Of a stretch of DNA of 64,000 nt, positions 1 through 20,859 are shown piece after piece; the stretch's first letter is position 1, and each line of letters starts with the position of its first letter. Source of the stretch: Bugula neritina (taxonomy: Eukaryota > Animalia > Bryozoa); NCBI GenBank assembly GCA_964035545.1, contig OZ037772.1:6742889-6806888 (forward strand). Reading direction: 5' to 3'. The notes under the pieces are model-generated. The model was not told the DNA's origin. It searched no databases and worked only from the letters and a program-made list of their open reading frames with translations. The position numbers and the translations under genes were made by a program.

Positions 1-2835
1 AGGTAAAATATTTTTTATGGAAACTAATGCCGTATGTACATGTATGTGTGCATGATGGTGTAAAACCATTCTTAAAGCAGTTATTATTAAGCAATTGATA
101 GCATATAACAATAGGGTTAAAATGTGGTGTTCTACATTGATCATTACATGCTTATTGAATATAAAATATTATTGTGGATCACAGCTAGGAGACGAGAGCC
201 ATATTATAAAGCTGTTTTGATATAAGAGGTTAATATTGATCAGTAGAAAGTTACACATGAATCACTGAGTATATATACAGATTGAGAACAGTTAGAATAG
301 CCTGAGTCCTACCAATTATACCAACAAACCTTTCCAATTATAATAATGGATGTTATTGAGAAATGACTATATACAAATAACATATACTCTAATGAAAAGA
401 AATGAAACTGCCATTAACTAAACCTTTTCCTTTTCTGTCAATTGACATATTGTATTGTATTTGATATAATATTAGTCGACATGAGTCTTGTAATGAAGTA
501 ACTTGATAAAGGTTCAGCAGTCAATAGCTATTACATGCAGGCTCAAATTGCTCTGGTAGGGTAAATTAACATTGCTTGTTTAGCACGCTTTTGTGTGGCA
601 TTGCGTATGCTAAACTAATGGCCAGTTTTGCAGTAGCTTCACCATTACCTTCAAAAGAATGCAAATATCATCTAATTATTGTAAGCTTTTCAAGTTAATT
701 TGTCCTGCAGCTGACACGAGTAAAACTATTATCGTATTTCATTTTCATGATATACATAGCTCTAATTCTGAAAAAGCACTAGATAGAGTTGAAATTAAAC
801 TTGATCTATTCATTGCTAAAGCATTACAGCTATGAATAATATATACATGATTACCTGAGTGATACCACAATAATAACTTGCAAATATAGTTTAAATGTAA
901 TAAAAAAACAATCTGGCGAAAGATTATATATGAGAAGCTGTTTTTGTAATAATTCCCTGCTCTAGGGTGAATTAGAAAAGTTGTTTTAGAGCAAAATTTT
1001 TGTATAAATTAATTGAATAAAATCATTGGGAGTTTTATGAAGGTCTATTTGTGTATGAGTATGTAACAACTCAAGTTCTTAGATTTTATGTAATTTGTGA
1101 TGCAAGGTTGCAAATAAGAATCCTATTTTAATGAAACTTAGACATATGTAAGCAATAAAGATAATGAAAAAAAACTATTATAGTTGCTAATTAGCCAATA
1201 TATTACTTGCATATGGTACAAATAATTGCGTGCATGCATGTTCAGTTTATTAGCATTGGTTAGGTATAATTGGAATATATATTATATTGATTTGATGGAG
1301 ATTGGAGAAAATCATTATACGTTCTGTTATGTAATGTTCTTTTACTACAATACAACCACTTTTTTACATTGGTTTGGTAATTACTTTGTAAATCATTTAT
1401 TACTTGATGCAATATTTGTTCCTGCAACTTTGGAGAGTGGCAAAATGCATTTCAAAGACATATATTATGTGATTTTAATTATACAGCATGGTAACAATAT
1501 ATTATATATACAGGTATATATTTTGTATTATATTAAATTTAGGCTATACATAGCAAGACATTTATAATTAAATGAATTAATGGCTAAGTTCAAATATCTT
1601 AGCCTTATAGATTACATTTTTATGAGCAATAAAAATGTAACTCTTTTGTTACGACATTTGTCCATGCATAAAAGCAAAACTTACAGCAAGAAATCCTTAG
1701 CTAGAAAGATAAATAATAATTATTTACTTTTATTACATCAAAAGCTAATAGCAGCAAGCATTCAATAAATAATGGCAATTTACCTAGTGTAATTTTTCTT
1801 AAACTAGCTGAGTTTGCTAGGTATACTTTATTAAATTTATTAGCGTAGTATATTATGTCACTTATATATTTTTAAGACTTTAAGAAAAATAATGTTTTAG
1901 CTGCGTTATTCCTAATGCAAGACTTATAAATTTACAATATATATTCGATGTCTTGGTGGGAAGAGCTAAAATATTATATTTGTGATTAGAAAGAAAACAA
2001 ATTACTTTCATAAACCTATAATTATTGCATTCTGTTATTTTTAATGCTAGAATAACAAATTGAACACAACATATGTTTCCCTAACCAGATGCTTTTGAAA
2101 GGATTAAAAATAATTTGGCATTTTCTAATCATGAGGAACAAACTCCTTGATAGTTTCTACATTTGCATATGATTTTATCAAGATAGGCTTGCTTTTGTGT
2201 CAACCTGTAGCCAGTGCAACTATACTTTATGTAATGAGTAAAACAGACTCATTTCAAAGTACACAGTCTAAAGGGTAGGAATTACTACAAAGAAAAGTGC
2301 TGGTTAAAAGTTAATTATAATTAGAAATAAGGTAACATATCGATCAGAAATTAAAAAGGTCAACTAAAAAGGTGCATTGTTTTTTTCTTTTGGCTTGTTG
2401 AAAATGTTCTTTTGAGAAAAAACTACCAGAAACATCTAGGAGGGGTTCATATCCACCACTGGCAACTACCTGTTTATTGATGAAGAACTATCCAATGATA
2501 GTACAGTATTACGGTATTTTACCTTATAATTAGCTCTGACTTTTTTATGTCTAAATACAAGATACTAAACAGATGCAAAGTATGTTGTGCATCGGCATTA
2601 TTTTTATGTTGCTAAACAACATTTTAGGAAAATATATACTAATTATATCATAAGTAAACACAGCATTATTATTACGTATATCTTATATTCACTTATTGCT
2701 CTAAATGGATAATACCTGTAATTGCATATACAAAGCCTAATACAACCAATGATAATATTTATTATTAGAAAGCTAAAGACCTTTTGATTATAATATAATG
2801 TTTATAATATAATATAATGTTTTAAAAAATCATCC

Positions 2836-3412
2836 AACGTTAGTTTGGCTAATGCAGTATTCAGCCAATGAAGTTATTTTAACACGGAAATATAATTATT
2901 CTCATACAAACTGCTTTACATTTAGTGAAGCTTGCAATCAATCTTTTTTATAAATATGCCTTTGAAAATAAGATTATTTTTGGCTCTCCAAAAATTCTGG
3001 GTGATGTTATTAGATGCATCCTAATATTTGATTGGTCAACACTTATTGACAATAACAGATTTATGGCGTTTGGCACACTGGCAGCTATGTAACATGGAGA
3101 ACAATTCCTGGGATACTGCACCTAAAACCAGCATTGTAATTTACTGGTTAAATTAAGCTATAACACGATATTTTTACATTCTATATTCAAAGAAAAAAAA
3201 TGGCTAATGTAAAAATATTAGTTGGTGAAGCTGACACCACCTTTGATGATCCACCAGAAGATGAGATCTGTGACTACCTTCCTGGACAACCACCTGCAGA
3301 TATATTTCTGGTTACATGTCACACTATAATATATAATAGATATGTGAGAGTAACAGCTGTTGCAGTAAAGGACATTCTCCACAGTTATGAACCAAAAATT
3401 TATAGGCCATAA
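2836..3412 (+). pseudogene. F-type lectin (fucolectin / F5/8C-like) domain relic
   Basis: ORF 3200-3412 MANVKILVG..EICDY..VTCHTIIYNRYVRV..LHSYEPKIY matches the C-terminal half of the F-type lectin fold. Broken upstream pieces NVSLANAVFSQ*SY, LIDNN and WHTG resemble its N-terminal motifs (less certain). Confidence 0.55.
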
Positions 3413-6375
3413 AACTTTGTAAATTTTGCTTGCTTATCATACCAATAAAAATATGTAACTTTATGTTTAATATTGAAATTAGCAAGTGATTGATTAAGAT
3501 ATAAAAATAAGTAGGTATTGGTAAATTGTTACATACACATCAATGCAAATGCAAAACTAAATAGGCATCTGCAGCTGTGTACACTGTAACTTCAACGTGT
3601 TCTACCCATCTATTATGTTGATAAGAGGCATGCGTGTATTCAATGATTATACTCATAATATTACTCTTTATATTGGAGATGCTGATAGTGTTATTTTATG
3701 CATACTCAGCTTATATGCATATCTAGCCTAAGGACTCTCGAAATTCTAATTTTAGCGATCAAAGTTAATGTTGCAGTGCATTATATATACCTAGTGATGA
3801 TAAGAGCAAAGGCAATCAGAATACAGCCTCCCCGTATAGAGAGGGCCTCTAGGGTGCCCAGACTAATCCTACGATTTGACTTGTTACGAAGCTCACTACT
3901 GTATTAAATCTTTGTCTGTTATACTTTTTTCACATTGATGTAGTTTTTTTTATAATTAGTGTTTCAAATATATCTATTTGTTCAATCATAACAACTACTC
4001 CAATCTCTCCAACAAACCTCTTATGAAGGTTATGCTCTAGTAGTGCAAACACAGAATATAATCCATGCTGATAGTAGCCCGCAAAACTATAATAGTGGTG
4101 GCAGCAGTGAAATAATTGTGTGCAGATGCAACTGCTACTCTGTTCCTAGAGAGGATTATAGATGGTCAAAGCTGGACAAAAAAGTGCTAAAAAAGAAGCT
4201 GTCAATGGAGAAAACCAATTACCGTCAGAGCCCGCAAAACCGACAGAGGCTTCAAATCCTGTTGAAGGTGAGCCCAAGACTCTTGAGAGTCAGAATAATC
4301 CGACATTGCGGGTGAGGAGGCAGACAGCGTAATATCTGGTAACAGAGCCCGTCTGAAAGCCCCCATCCTTAATGTTAGTAAAGATGTAGAGCAATTTATT
4401 CAAAAGTTTAGAAACGTTGTGCCCATCTCTAAGTGGGCATCTCGGGTTGCACTTCTACAACTGGGGTTAGAAATTGGTGCAAACCATGCACAACCTTGCA
4501 AGAGCAAGCCACCAAACGGTTGGCACAAATCGCGCATGGCAAATTGTCACCAAGACACCGGAAGCGTTACACCTACGATGCCATTGTGCAATCATTGGGT
4601 GACCTACAACTTCACCACCAATTCCTGGCAAATAGAGTCAAAACAAGGTGAGGAAAGGTGAGACTCATTTGCAGGCTAAACAGTTGCACAGGAGCTGTGT
4701 GAGCTCTCATCAGGTTGAGACAGAGCTATTGGACACTACACCCGAGTCAGAACTGACAGCTCACTTAGCCGTCACTGCAAGCCCTTCTTTAGCCACTGGA
4801 TTTGCTCACATGACGGAGGTAGTGGAAATGTTAGTGGCGGCACTGACGCAGTCCCAGATGGCTGGCTTGCTCAGAGACTCAAGATGTCGGGGCAGACATT
4901 GCCACCGGATGGGCTACTGCATGTTGGGAATGCGGCAGTTGCAGACATCTTCGCAGGGAATGTCTGCAACTCACATGACGGGAGTTAAGCCACCTTGGCC
5001 TATGGCCTCATTTGCCCGGCGCGGGCCAAAGGTTACTCACCAGTTGCGAGAGTTGCTTAAAATCTGCAAGGATGTCAAGAGTGCCTCCAAGTGAATGGCA
5101 GGGTGCCAAGAAGGACTGGCAAGCTGTACGACAGGCGTGTTGCTCCCACCTGGCCACTTCAGAACTGTTCTAGCAGGCTGCAAAAAAGTAATCTGATAAA
5201 AAGGTAACACTGCACGCCGAGTCCACAGATGTGCCTCTGCAACCTCTGAGACCACTTCTTAGCCGTTATACACAGGCCTTGCCCAAACTCAAAGCTTCAA
5301 AAGTGTTACGTGCGGAGGTCGAGAGTGTTAAGAGAATTAAAGTACAACCCTATGGCAGCGGCCTTTTCTTGCCAGTCAAAATATTGGGCAAAACTGCTAC
5401 CATCCTGCAGAATTCAGGATTTACTACAAACCTCTTGAGATGTTGACTCTTCGACACACTCAGCATGAAAGACCAAACTGTACTAAGGGGAATATGGCAC
5501 GTTGGCAGGCGAGTCATGGATTACCTTTTATGGCATCATTGAGCTTGCTAGTGGAGTCCGAAATCAAGCAATTAGTGAGACGCTTATTGTTAGATAGCTC
5601 AAGGAAGATGCCATCTTTGAGATGTCATTTTTGATGCAACATAAGTATAACATAGACTTTAGCAAGTCGTCAGTAGTTATGGCCTGGTAAAAGCTCATTT
5701 GTGTCAACGAGTTTGGTTGACCATTAGGAGTCGTTGAGGTAATGCAAAGCTGCGTGATATATAGATGCTCCCGGGCCACGATTCTAGGTTAATTATAAGC
5801 AGATCTCTGAGCTTGTAGTTGAGGAGGAGGCTCATGAAAGGATCCAACTCACAAATAGCCTAAACCGGTAAACATGCAGGGAATATCTTGGTGTAAGGCG
5901 TAGACCCCTTCGTGGAGCCGTGGTGGGCAAGTTTCACACTGTGCAGAAAGAAGATGTAGAGCTGTCATTGAGTGCAATGACGAAGGGCCCCCAGTAGACC
6001 CACCATGGGCGGTAGCGGACTAATCCTAGACCACGGCGCATACTTTTACAGATGTGCCTGTGATGACTGCAGGAGTAGCAGGGCATGCCTGAAAACGGTG
6101 CGGTTATTTAGTGAGTACAATGACGTGTTCAGTAGTGGGCACCATGACGTGAGCTTGACCAAGCCTGTCCGTCATGAAATTTTTTTCGCTGCGAAAATGG
6201 TCCCGATCCGGCAACTTACGCTCAGGTTGGGCCTTGAAAAGGAGAAGGAGAGGAGCTGGCAAGTCCACAACCTTCTGGACTGTGACCTGATCGAGCCAGT
6301 ACATGGAAGACGGGTGGGAGCTGGCAGTTTTGTGTGGCTTATCACAAGTTGAACAGCATTACCATACATGACGCA

Positions 6376-6760
6376 TTTAAAATTATTAGGCTATTTAAAT
6401 TTATTAGCCAATGATGCTAGCAATAAATTTCACCGCTCGCCTACGGACGTTTGTTTTCAAAACTACATCATTGGCAAAATGACATTATATATTTTAAAAA
6501 AAGAAATGCAAACTGCATGAAACTGTTTTAATTCAGTTCGCTAAAAGCTAAAACGTGAAATAAAATAAAAAAAGTGTCCTCGCTAAATGGTAATAAGCAA
6601 AATAGATCAAACACGCAAAAGCTTGCCTCACTTCTTGCTCACAATTTTAGACGCATGAACATCCCATTTTTGGGCTAAATGGGTTTTCTCGTACGTCATG
6701 CGTCTGTAAAACGCGTCGTATGGCCCTACGCTAAATTGGCTAACCGAAATAGAGGTCTAC
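6376..6760. mobile_element. AT-rich insertion (MITE-like) at the site of the deleted RT core in Gypsy copy A
   Basis: Pol homology stops after ..NSITIHDA (~6375) and resumes at the RT/RNase H connection (~6760). The insert has partial inverted ends (TTAGCCAAT / ATTGGCTAA) and is absent from copy B. Confidence 0.45.
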
Positions 6761-9552
6761 TGGCAGTGGACCCATGCAGAACAGCAAGCGCTCAATGGCC
6801 TCAAGTGCAATTGCGTGGTAAAAGCACCTATTTTGGCATATCCCGATCCTGCCAAGGAATACATTCTGAACACCGATGTCAGCAATTATAATGTGGGTGC
6901 AGTAATTTTACAGGTTCAGGATGGCCGAGAGGTGGTTATTGCTTATTACAACAAGGCTCTTTCTACCGCCGAAAAGATTTTCTGCACTGCCAGGAAAAAG
7001 CTCCTAGCAATAATCAATGCAGTCAAGCCTTTCCGACCTTACCTATACGAGAGAATGTTATTGCTGCAGACGAATCATGCCTTGTTGATATGGCTGTGCA
7101 AGAAAGCTAAACCATTCAGTCAGGTTGCACAATGGCTTGAAATCCTTACCGAGTTTTCCTACCGGATCAAATATCGACCCAGAGAAAACACGGCAATGCA
7201 AACGGGTTAAGCCGGCATCCTGAAAGAAGGTGCAAACAGTGCTTGAATGTTGAAAAATGGGACGGGGGACCCCCTCGCTCTGACTTAGAAGCACAGTTTG
7301 ATTTGGCGGGCACTTTCAGCTAGGAACAAAGTCAGCTTACGACCGGCTCTCATATGGTTACTGTAAATGTTTTCCGTGCTAACCCGGTCTTAGCCAGTAA
7401 GCTGCGTAAACTTGAGGAATCTCTACCTGAGTTGGTGGACAACATTTATAAGGCCAAAGGGGGGGGGGTACTGAGCGAAGGAGAGCAGCGGAAGAGGTGT
7501 ATTGAATTTCAGCTATACTGCTGCTGCTGAGACTCGCTCTGGCTCAACAAAGACGGTCTGACACCATAAGTGTAAAAAAATAGTCTGCCAATTTCTCAGC
7601 AGTCTTGAGTTGATTTGGAACACACGCTGGCTTATGCAGAAATCTAGAAAATGGGTCTGATGTCCTGCTCCAAGTGAGACAGTGTGAGATCTGCCAAGCC
7701 AGTAAGCATGGCTGGCCCCTTGAACAGTGTGGGGTAAAGATGGCTGTATGCCGGAAGACCTTGGCAGGTGGTAGCTGTTGATCTGATAGGCGCCATGCCA
7801 CCAACCCCCAAAGGTAATGACGACTTTGGTGTTCTTGGACCACTTTACTCGGTGGCCTGACACTCTATATTTTCCAGATGTGTTGGCCCTAACAGTGGCC
7901 AGGACCCTTGATCAAAATGTGATCTGTTACCTAGGTTTGTCGGAACGGATACACTAAGAAGACAATGCTCAGTTCTAGTCTCAGCTAATGAGTGATCTCA
8001 GTCAACTCTGAGGGGTGAACCAGAGCAGGACTACATTGTAATACTCGCTAGGCAATGGACTTGTCGAACGTAACAACCTGCCAGGTGATGCTCTCTGGAG
8101 TCTGCTCCTCATTTGAGGTCAGGAAGAATGAGATATGGTGCTCCTGTAGGTTAGTGCACGCACTGCAGTATGCCTCATACGAACACATCTGAGACACCCA
8201 ACTTCCTCATGTTGAGTCAAAAGACTCGCATCGCAACTATCTAAACTACCATGATCCAAATTCCCAAAGCTCTGTAAATGTGTACGTGGAGAAACTAGTA
8301 GAGAGAATGAAAGCCGAACATGAAATGTTTTGTGAAAGGCAATGGCACGTGAGTAGAGAGGACTTTGAGAAGCCTCCGCTTTATCAGGCGGGAACTGGGT
8401 CTAGATGGCTACACTCGTTAGACGCCGTGGACATTCCTCTAAATTACAGCCCAAGTTCGCGGGCCATTACCGTGTGGTCGAGGCATTGCTCAATCGTATG
8501 TACAAGGTAGAGTGTGCCGAGCAGGTCTATGTCTAGAATGAAGCTTGCCTGAAACCGTATTGGGCTAGCCGGAATGCAGTGGATGAGGTGCTCCTGATAC
8601 TTGCGCCCAGGAAACAGCCAGTAGTGCGGGATCGGGTCAGAAGCAGGCCAGAGTAGGAGATAATCCTACCCTGGGCAGTAGACAGGGCAAGAGAGCCCAG
8701 GTAATCGCCTTCATCTACAGAGAGGCCGGCTTTCCCTGATTACACTCTCTCAAAGCTGCCACCTAACACAGAACTAGCTCAGGTGGTGGGAACCTCTTGT
8801 GGAAGAGGGTCCCAGTAACAGTAATGAGAAATGGGTTCCAGTAGACGCTTTCATCTCTGTGATTACTCGCTTAGTAGCAGAAGTCCAAAGAGAGGAATCA
8901 CCGTTGGCCCTAGAGAGATGTCAACGTTTGCGGCAACTGCCATCCTATCTACCGGACTTTGTATGTGATTGTTTGCAAGGCGGCAAAATAAAGTCAGGCG
9001 AGAGTCTCCACGGTGAGCCACTGTGGACAGAGTGGGAGTTGTGCAACCAGAGAAGAAAGTATTCTTTATGCGAAGGCGGAATAGTGGGCGGAATTAATCC
9101 GCCGATGACACAAAGGCCGCACTACTTGCAGCAACCAAACTGCCCAGTCTGTTTATGTTTAACAGCCGATGTTCGCTGACTGCTAACATAATAATTACTT
9201 CTGATTATTCAAGCATAAATTTGAATGCTGGTAACGGAAGTAAATAATTTAGATTGAGTATTCCCACAAGTATAGAGACTAATCTGATGTCAGTACAGCG
9301 TGACTCAGTCAATTAGTTTGAGTTTGACTTAGTGGGGATTTTGACAACCGCCATCAAAAACGAGGACTTGGTAATGACAGAAAATCTATTAGATCGAGAT
9401 CTGGAATCTATGATTCTTCGTCAGTCTAAGCAGTTGTCAACAGTCTCGTGAGTGCCATATAAAAGAGTGAGTGATTCTCAGACTGATGAAAGTCGTGAAT
9501 CACACATTGAGTACGTTCCTAATGGTTTTTTTTAAATTCCAATCTGCCTGCC

Positions 9553-10364
9553 ATGGCGAGCGCTCTGTCTTCACTGTTGATTACCTGGGACGACAAGCTT
9601 GTACCAGAGACACAGCCGTTACCCTCGGTAGATAGCCAACATAGCTCCAGAGACTTCATGCTGCCGACACCACTTAAATATCAGGTTGACTGGATTTTGT
9701 TCTCAACACGCAAGGACAATATTGATACATTGGGAAGTTCAGACAACATAGCCGTCCGTCTATTTCAATAAAAATTCACTACCAATCATCGCCTGAGATA
9801 TCATGTTCTCTTACACTACATAAATACGTTCTGTCCTTGGGGAGAATTTAGTTATATTGTGATTATCTATGCCGTCACCAGATGACAATGAAATGTCACC
9901 CGGGCTATCTCTTCAATTTAAATGCTTCAACTTTAGACCAGTTTTTGTGGGCTCATCCATTCTCTTGTCTAACATCCGGGCAAACTCTCGGAGCTCACCA
10001 AAGGTTTCCCCCTCCTCTAACCATCGCGACTGACCCCTTGCCTAAAATCGAAAGCAAAGCCTCCTGCTCCTCCTTCAGCCAAAGACCACTTGTGTCATAG
10101 TCACACGCCTCAACTCAGCTGAAAATTTCAAGTCCTTATACCTCCACAAACCACGGCCAGGCCTGCGAAGAAAAAAAAGAGGCACTCCTTTTTTTCACTC
10201 ACCCCAGCTTGTCTAGTACCATACACAACTTAGAGCAACGTATTTACAGACTCGAGAGTAAAATAAACCAGCTGACCTCTCCACTGCTGGCTGTCAATAC
10301 TGAGCTAACCAGTGTCAAAGATGCCCTTGCCAGCCATGAGCGTAGGGCCAACAATCTTGACTAG
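9553..10364 (+). pseudogene. Decayed extra ORF between pol and 3' LTR of Gypsy copy A, with C-terminal heptad coiled coil
   Basis: Strong Kozak GCCTGCCATGG at 9553. 9882-10364 is one frame with a single internal stop (10098-10100), ending NLEQRIYRLESKINQLTSPLLAVNTELTSVKDALASHERRANNLD*. Confidence 0.45.
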
Positions 10365-10628
10365 GGAGATAATTTTAGCTTTGGTTTGCTGGGTGCATAC
10401 GCAAGTCAAACCTCACTGTGATGCTCTCAAACTCAAAGTCTATGGAATGTCATATGGCAGTATATAGTCAAGTTTTATTTACAGTTCTCAATCATACAGT
10501 TTCAAAATTTTTCTTGAATATATATTCTTTTATGCAAAATTTTAGAGTGTTTTATTTTTCTTGTGTTATGTTCTAACAGTTGTTTTTGATGTATCAGAAA
10601 GTTTTACTTTTTGCTGGTAGACAGGAGG

Positions 10629-11089
10629 TGTAATGGGCCCCGGACATGTATGCTCCCCACGTCCATTAAGCAGATAAACAATTATAAGCGAGGCTTACCC
10701 GTATTACAATGATAAAGGTATTATAACATTCCCTTCGTCTTGCTCAGGCTGACATTGCAAAATACTGCATTCTCTGTAGTAGTGGTGCAGAGTACAGCGC
10801 CATCCGTCGCAATACTCACCGCCAGAACATACCGGCCAATCAGAAAACAGCTTTCCTTTATAAGGAAGGCCTTCATGGCGCCCAGACTCACTCTACACTG
10901 TATTGAATCACTGTCTAATATACTTTTCACATTGATGTAGTCTTTTATAATTCGTGTTTCAAATATATCTATTCATTCAACTATAACAACTATTCCCTTC
11001 TCTTCAACAAACCTCGTATAAAAGTTATGCTCTAGCAGTGCTAACCCAAAAATTAATCCACACTGATAGTAGCTCGCAAAACTACAACA
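10629..11089 (+). repeat. Complete 3' LTR of Gypsy copy A
   Basis: TGTAATGG...ACTACAACA; aligns to 26704-27169, 3811-4094 and 31692-31837; contains CCAAT (10836-10840) and TATAA (10859-10863). Confidence 0.88.
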
Positions 11090-11136
11090 GTACAACTAAA
11101 CACTAACTGCTGCATCACTAAAAGAAATAGGTGAGA
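11090..11136 (+). promoter_or_regulatory. 3' half of a leader exon with donor AG|GTGAGA, directly after the LTR
   Basis: Homologous to 31838-31883; donor GT at 11131. Confidence 0.5.
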
Positions 11137-11287
11137 AAAGACTAATTGATTATGCCATATTTTTACCTTGGCTATATGTTAGAACTACAAGCAATTTAGC
11201 AATATTTTTATTTCTGGCATGTATCTTGTAAAATCACTGTATTAAAACGATAAATGTCTAGGTTGCCAAGTATTTGATAAGAAAAGT

Positions 11288-11471
11288 TATAAAACAAGTA
11301 AAATGAAACTATTTGTCACTCCCTGTGCCATTTGTTCACTCAACTACGCACTACTCTAGTATAACCATCTACTGTAACTATACTGCACCACTTCACTATT
11401 TACTGCTCTATAGCACATGTAGCCACCTAATATAGCTACTGTATCATTTCATATAACAAAGTTGGGTAAAA
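11288..11471 (+). promoter_or_regulatory. Promoter/leader-exon cassette, proximal to copy 1
   Basis: TATAAAA 11288; AAATGAAACT 11301-11310; Inr-like TCACT with A at 11318 (30 nt from TATA); donor-like GG|GTAAAA at 11466. Confidence 0.6.
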
Positions 11472-11784
11472 AACATATTTTACTTTACTATTTTTATATT
11501 ATCAGATACTAATTAATACAGTAGAATAGCAGTTAATTTTTGGTGGTTGCATATTAACTCTAATAAAAAAACTTTGCCTCATTTATGAGTTTGCTGCTAG
11601 AAATGTATATACACTTTATAGGTCAATTGTTAGAGAAAATAATATGTTTTGCAATGCGCGATGAACTAGAAAAATCTTGTAGCCTATATCAACTATCCTA
11701 GTTTATCACCTATTCTAACATTGCATCTAGTGATGTTCTCTTTCCCTCTATCTCTCATCTTTTACACTTCTTCTGTTTCTCTTC

Positions 11785-11788
11785 CCCC

Positions 11789-11832
<44 letters not shown>
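11785..11832. repeat. (CT)n microsatellite upstream of copy 1 ATG exon
   Basis: Directly visible. Confidence 0.9.
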
Positions 11833-11834
<2 letters not shown>

Positions 11835-11930
11835 ATGTTTATTTTTCTCTTTATGCCTAAAAAAAACTGTGCACTTCTCCTCATATTTTTCCCCAACATA
11901 ATAACACTTGTTTTATGTTGAAACTTCAAG

Positions 11931-19080
<7,150 letters not shown>

Positions 19081-20859
19081 AAACCTCCAGCATTGTGAAG
19101 CTTGACAATTCAATAATTCTTGTTTTAAGCAATTATTTATTTGCATTATCCTAAATATGTTTCACCTTCCATCTGAATATATGTGCGAGTAAATTATGTT
19201 CTGCTCTCCCTTCATATATATAAGATTATCAATAATTACTTCGGTAAATAAACAAGTGTTAATAACAAATTATGTCATAATTATGTTTGATATATATTTA
19301 CAAAGCAATTCAACTATATCTTCGTGTTTTTTAATACAAGATAGCTAACAAATATTCTCATAAATTATTATTTAATTATATAACTATAGTCATAACTTTT
19401 CAACAGTAAATCATTTCAAATATTATTATACTCTACCAACTAATCTTTTATGCTAGTTATTTTGTTTAAATTTTCACTTTCACATTTATTGAAAAAAATT
19501 GCTAATTTTGAATTTCTATACATTTAGAAAGATCATTCATAAACTAACATTGTTATCATTATATGTTGAAATATATTTCATAAAAAAGGAATATTTCATC
19601 TAATTAACGTTACCAACCATGCATGTTAGTTGATATAACTGAAATATGTTGTATTTGTTATAATGAATAGTATCTCTTTACTTGCTAATTTATTTATAAA
19701 TTGCAAGATTTGTTATTTCATCAAGCTATATGATAATATTATTGTCCAATCAAGTTCAGTGGAAAGCTACAATGTTAAAACAAGGCTAAAAAATACAACA
19801 ATATAAATGGAAGTTCGTTGCATTTTAAAAAGTGGAGACATACAGATATAAATGCATGTGCTTCTTTCAGCACAGTTTCTTTCTACAATTGCTGAGAACA
19901 CACAATACCAAGATATATATTATATAATTACGAAATACCACATTCTTTAAAAAAGCACAAAAGGGGTTCTATAATAACTATACAAAAAGCATTGGAATTA
20001 CCACTGCAAAACTGTATAGCACTATAAATAGTAGAAATTATTCTGTTATAAGTTACCGAATAATTAGAAATTGTTGCGTTACGATGCCATGCATGAATAC
20101 ATGATTATATTAAATTGCGGTTCTTCGAAGCTTTTTGTTATTGTGTGGAACGTTTAAAAAAAGTAAAAAAAGCTACTTGTATAAATAAATACTAACTTAA
20201 AATGTAGTTTATTATTTTATAAGCACATAGTAAGCTTTATATAGGCAGAGTAAAATGTATTTTATTTCTTATCCAATTAATAGTTTGGTTGCGTGTGAAA
20301 CATGCATAATTTGTGATCATCGGGTGTCTCAAAATGTGCAAGATTAGCTACAGACTAACACAAAATTACAGCTCTACATTACATAACTATCAATTGGCAA
20401 AAGCTTGCTACATTAACATCAGTCTTTCTTGCTCATTGTTATGCTCACAATAGCATGTATTTGTGATTACATAAAATAACTCAATACATATTTGATTGAT
20501 TCAATAAAATTAATGCTTTTGGCAACAAAAAATGCTGAGCAAGCTGTGGGTACTATAGCTCTCAGCTTGTACTGAATATACAAAGGCTATACTGATTAAT
20601 TTATTATTGTCTCAGACAGCTCCTAGTATATATGTAAAGCAGTAGGAGCAAATTCTGTTGATACAGATACTAAAGCAATACTAATTGATTTCTTTTGATT
20701 CTATTATAACTAAATGCTTGCAAATACAAAAAATTAATATGTTTTATAGAATAACATTCTAAGCCAGCATTATTATGATTAAAGCAATAGACATGATCAA
20801 TAGATACAATTTTGCATATTACAGAGTGCAGTAAGTCCAGAGGAGACGAAAGAACCTAC

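Larger units (their letters stand above)
3811..11089 (+). mobile_element. Decayed Gypsy/Ty3 LTR retrotransposon, copy A
   Basis: 5'-truncated 5' LTR 3811-4094; PBS 4096-4113; gag with CCHC knuckle CWECGSCRHLRREC (4922-4963); protease relic ~5340-5470; RT core deleted; RNase H ORF 6815-7210 (APILAYPDP..YILNTDVS..GAV..); integrase relic (PWQVVAVDL ~7760); purine tract then complete 3' LTR TG..CA 10629-11089. Many stops and frameshifts. Confidence 0.92.

Noticed and set aside
1226-1768. ORFs 1226-1567 and 1580-1768 (and similar AT-rich ORFs at 49616-50016)
   Set aside because: I/Y/F/N-rich composition expected from random AT-rich DNA; no motif or paralog support.
11318-11545. Cassettes as spliced-leader RNA genes (donor plus Sm-like AATTTTTGG at ~11535 and AATTTTGG at ~32285)
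   Set aside because: The Sm-like word follows only one cassette type, leaders are too divergent and mostly too long, and T-rich words are common here.
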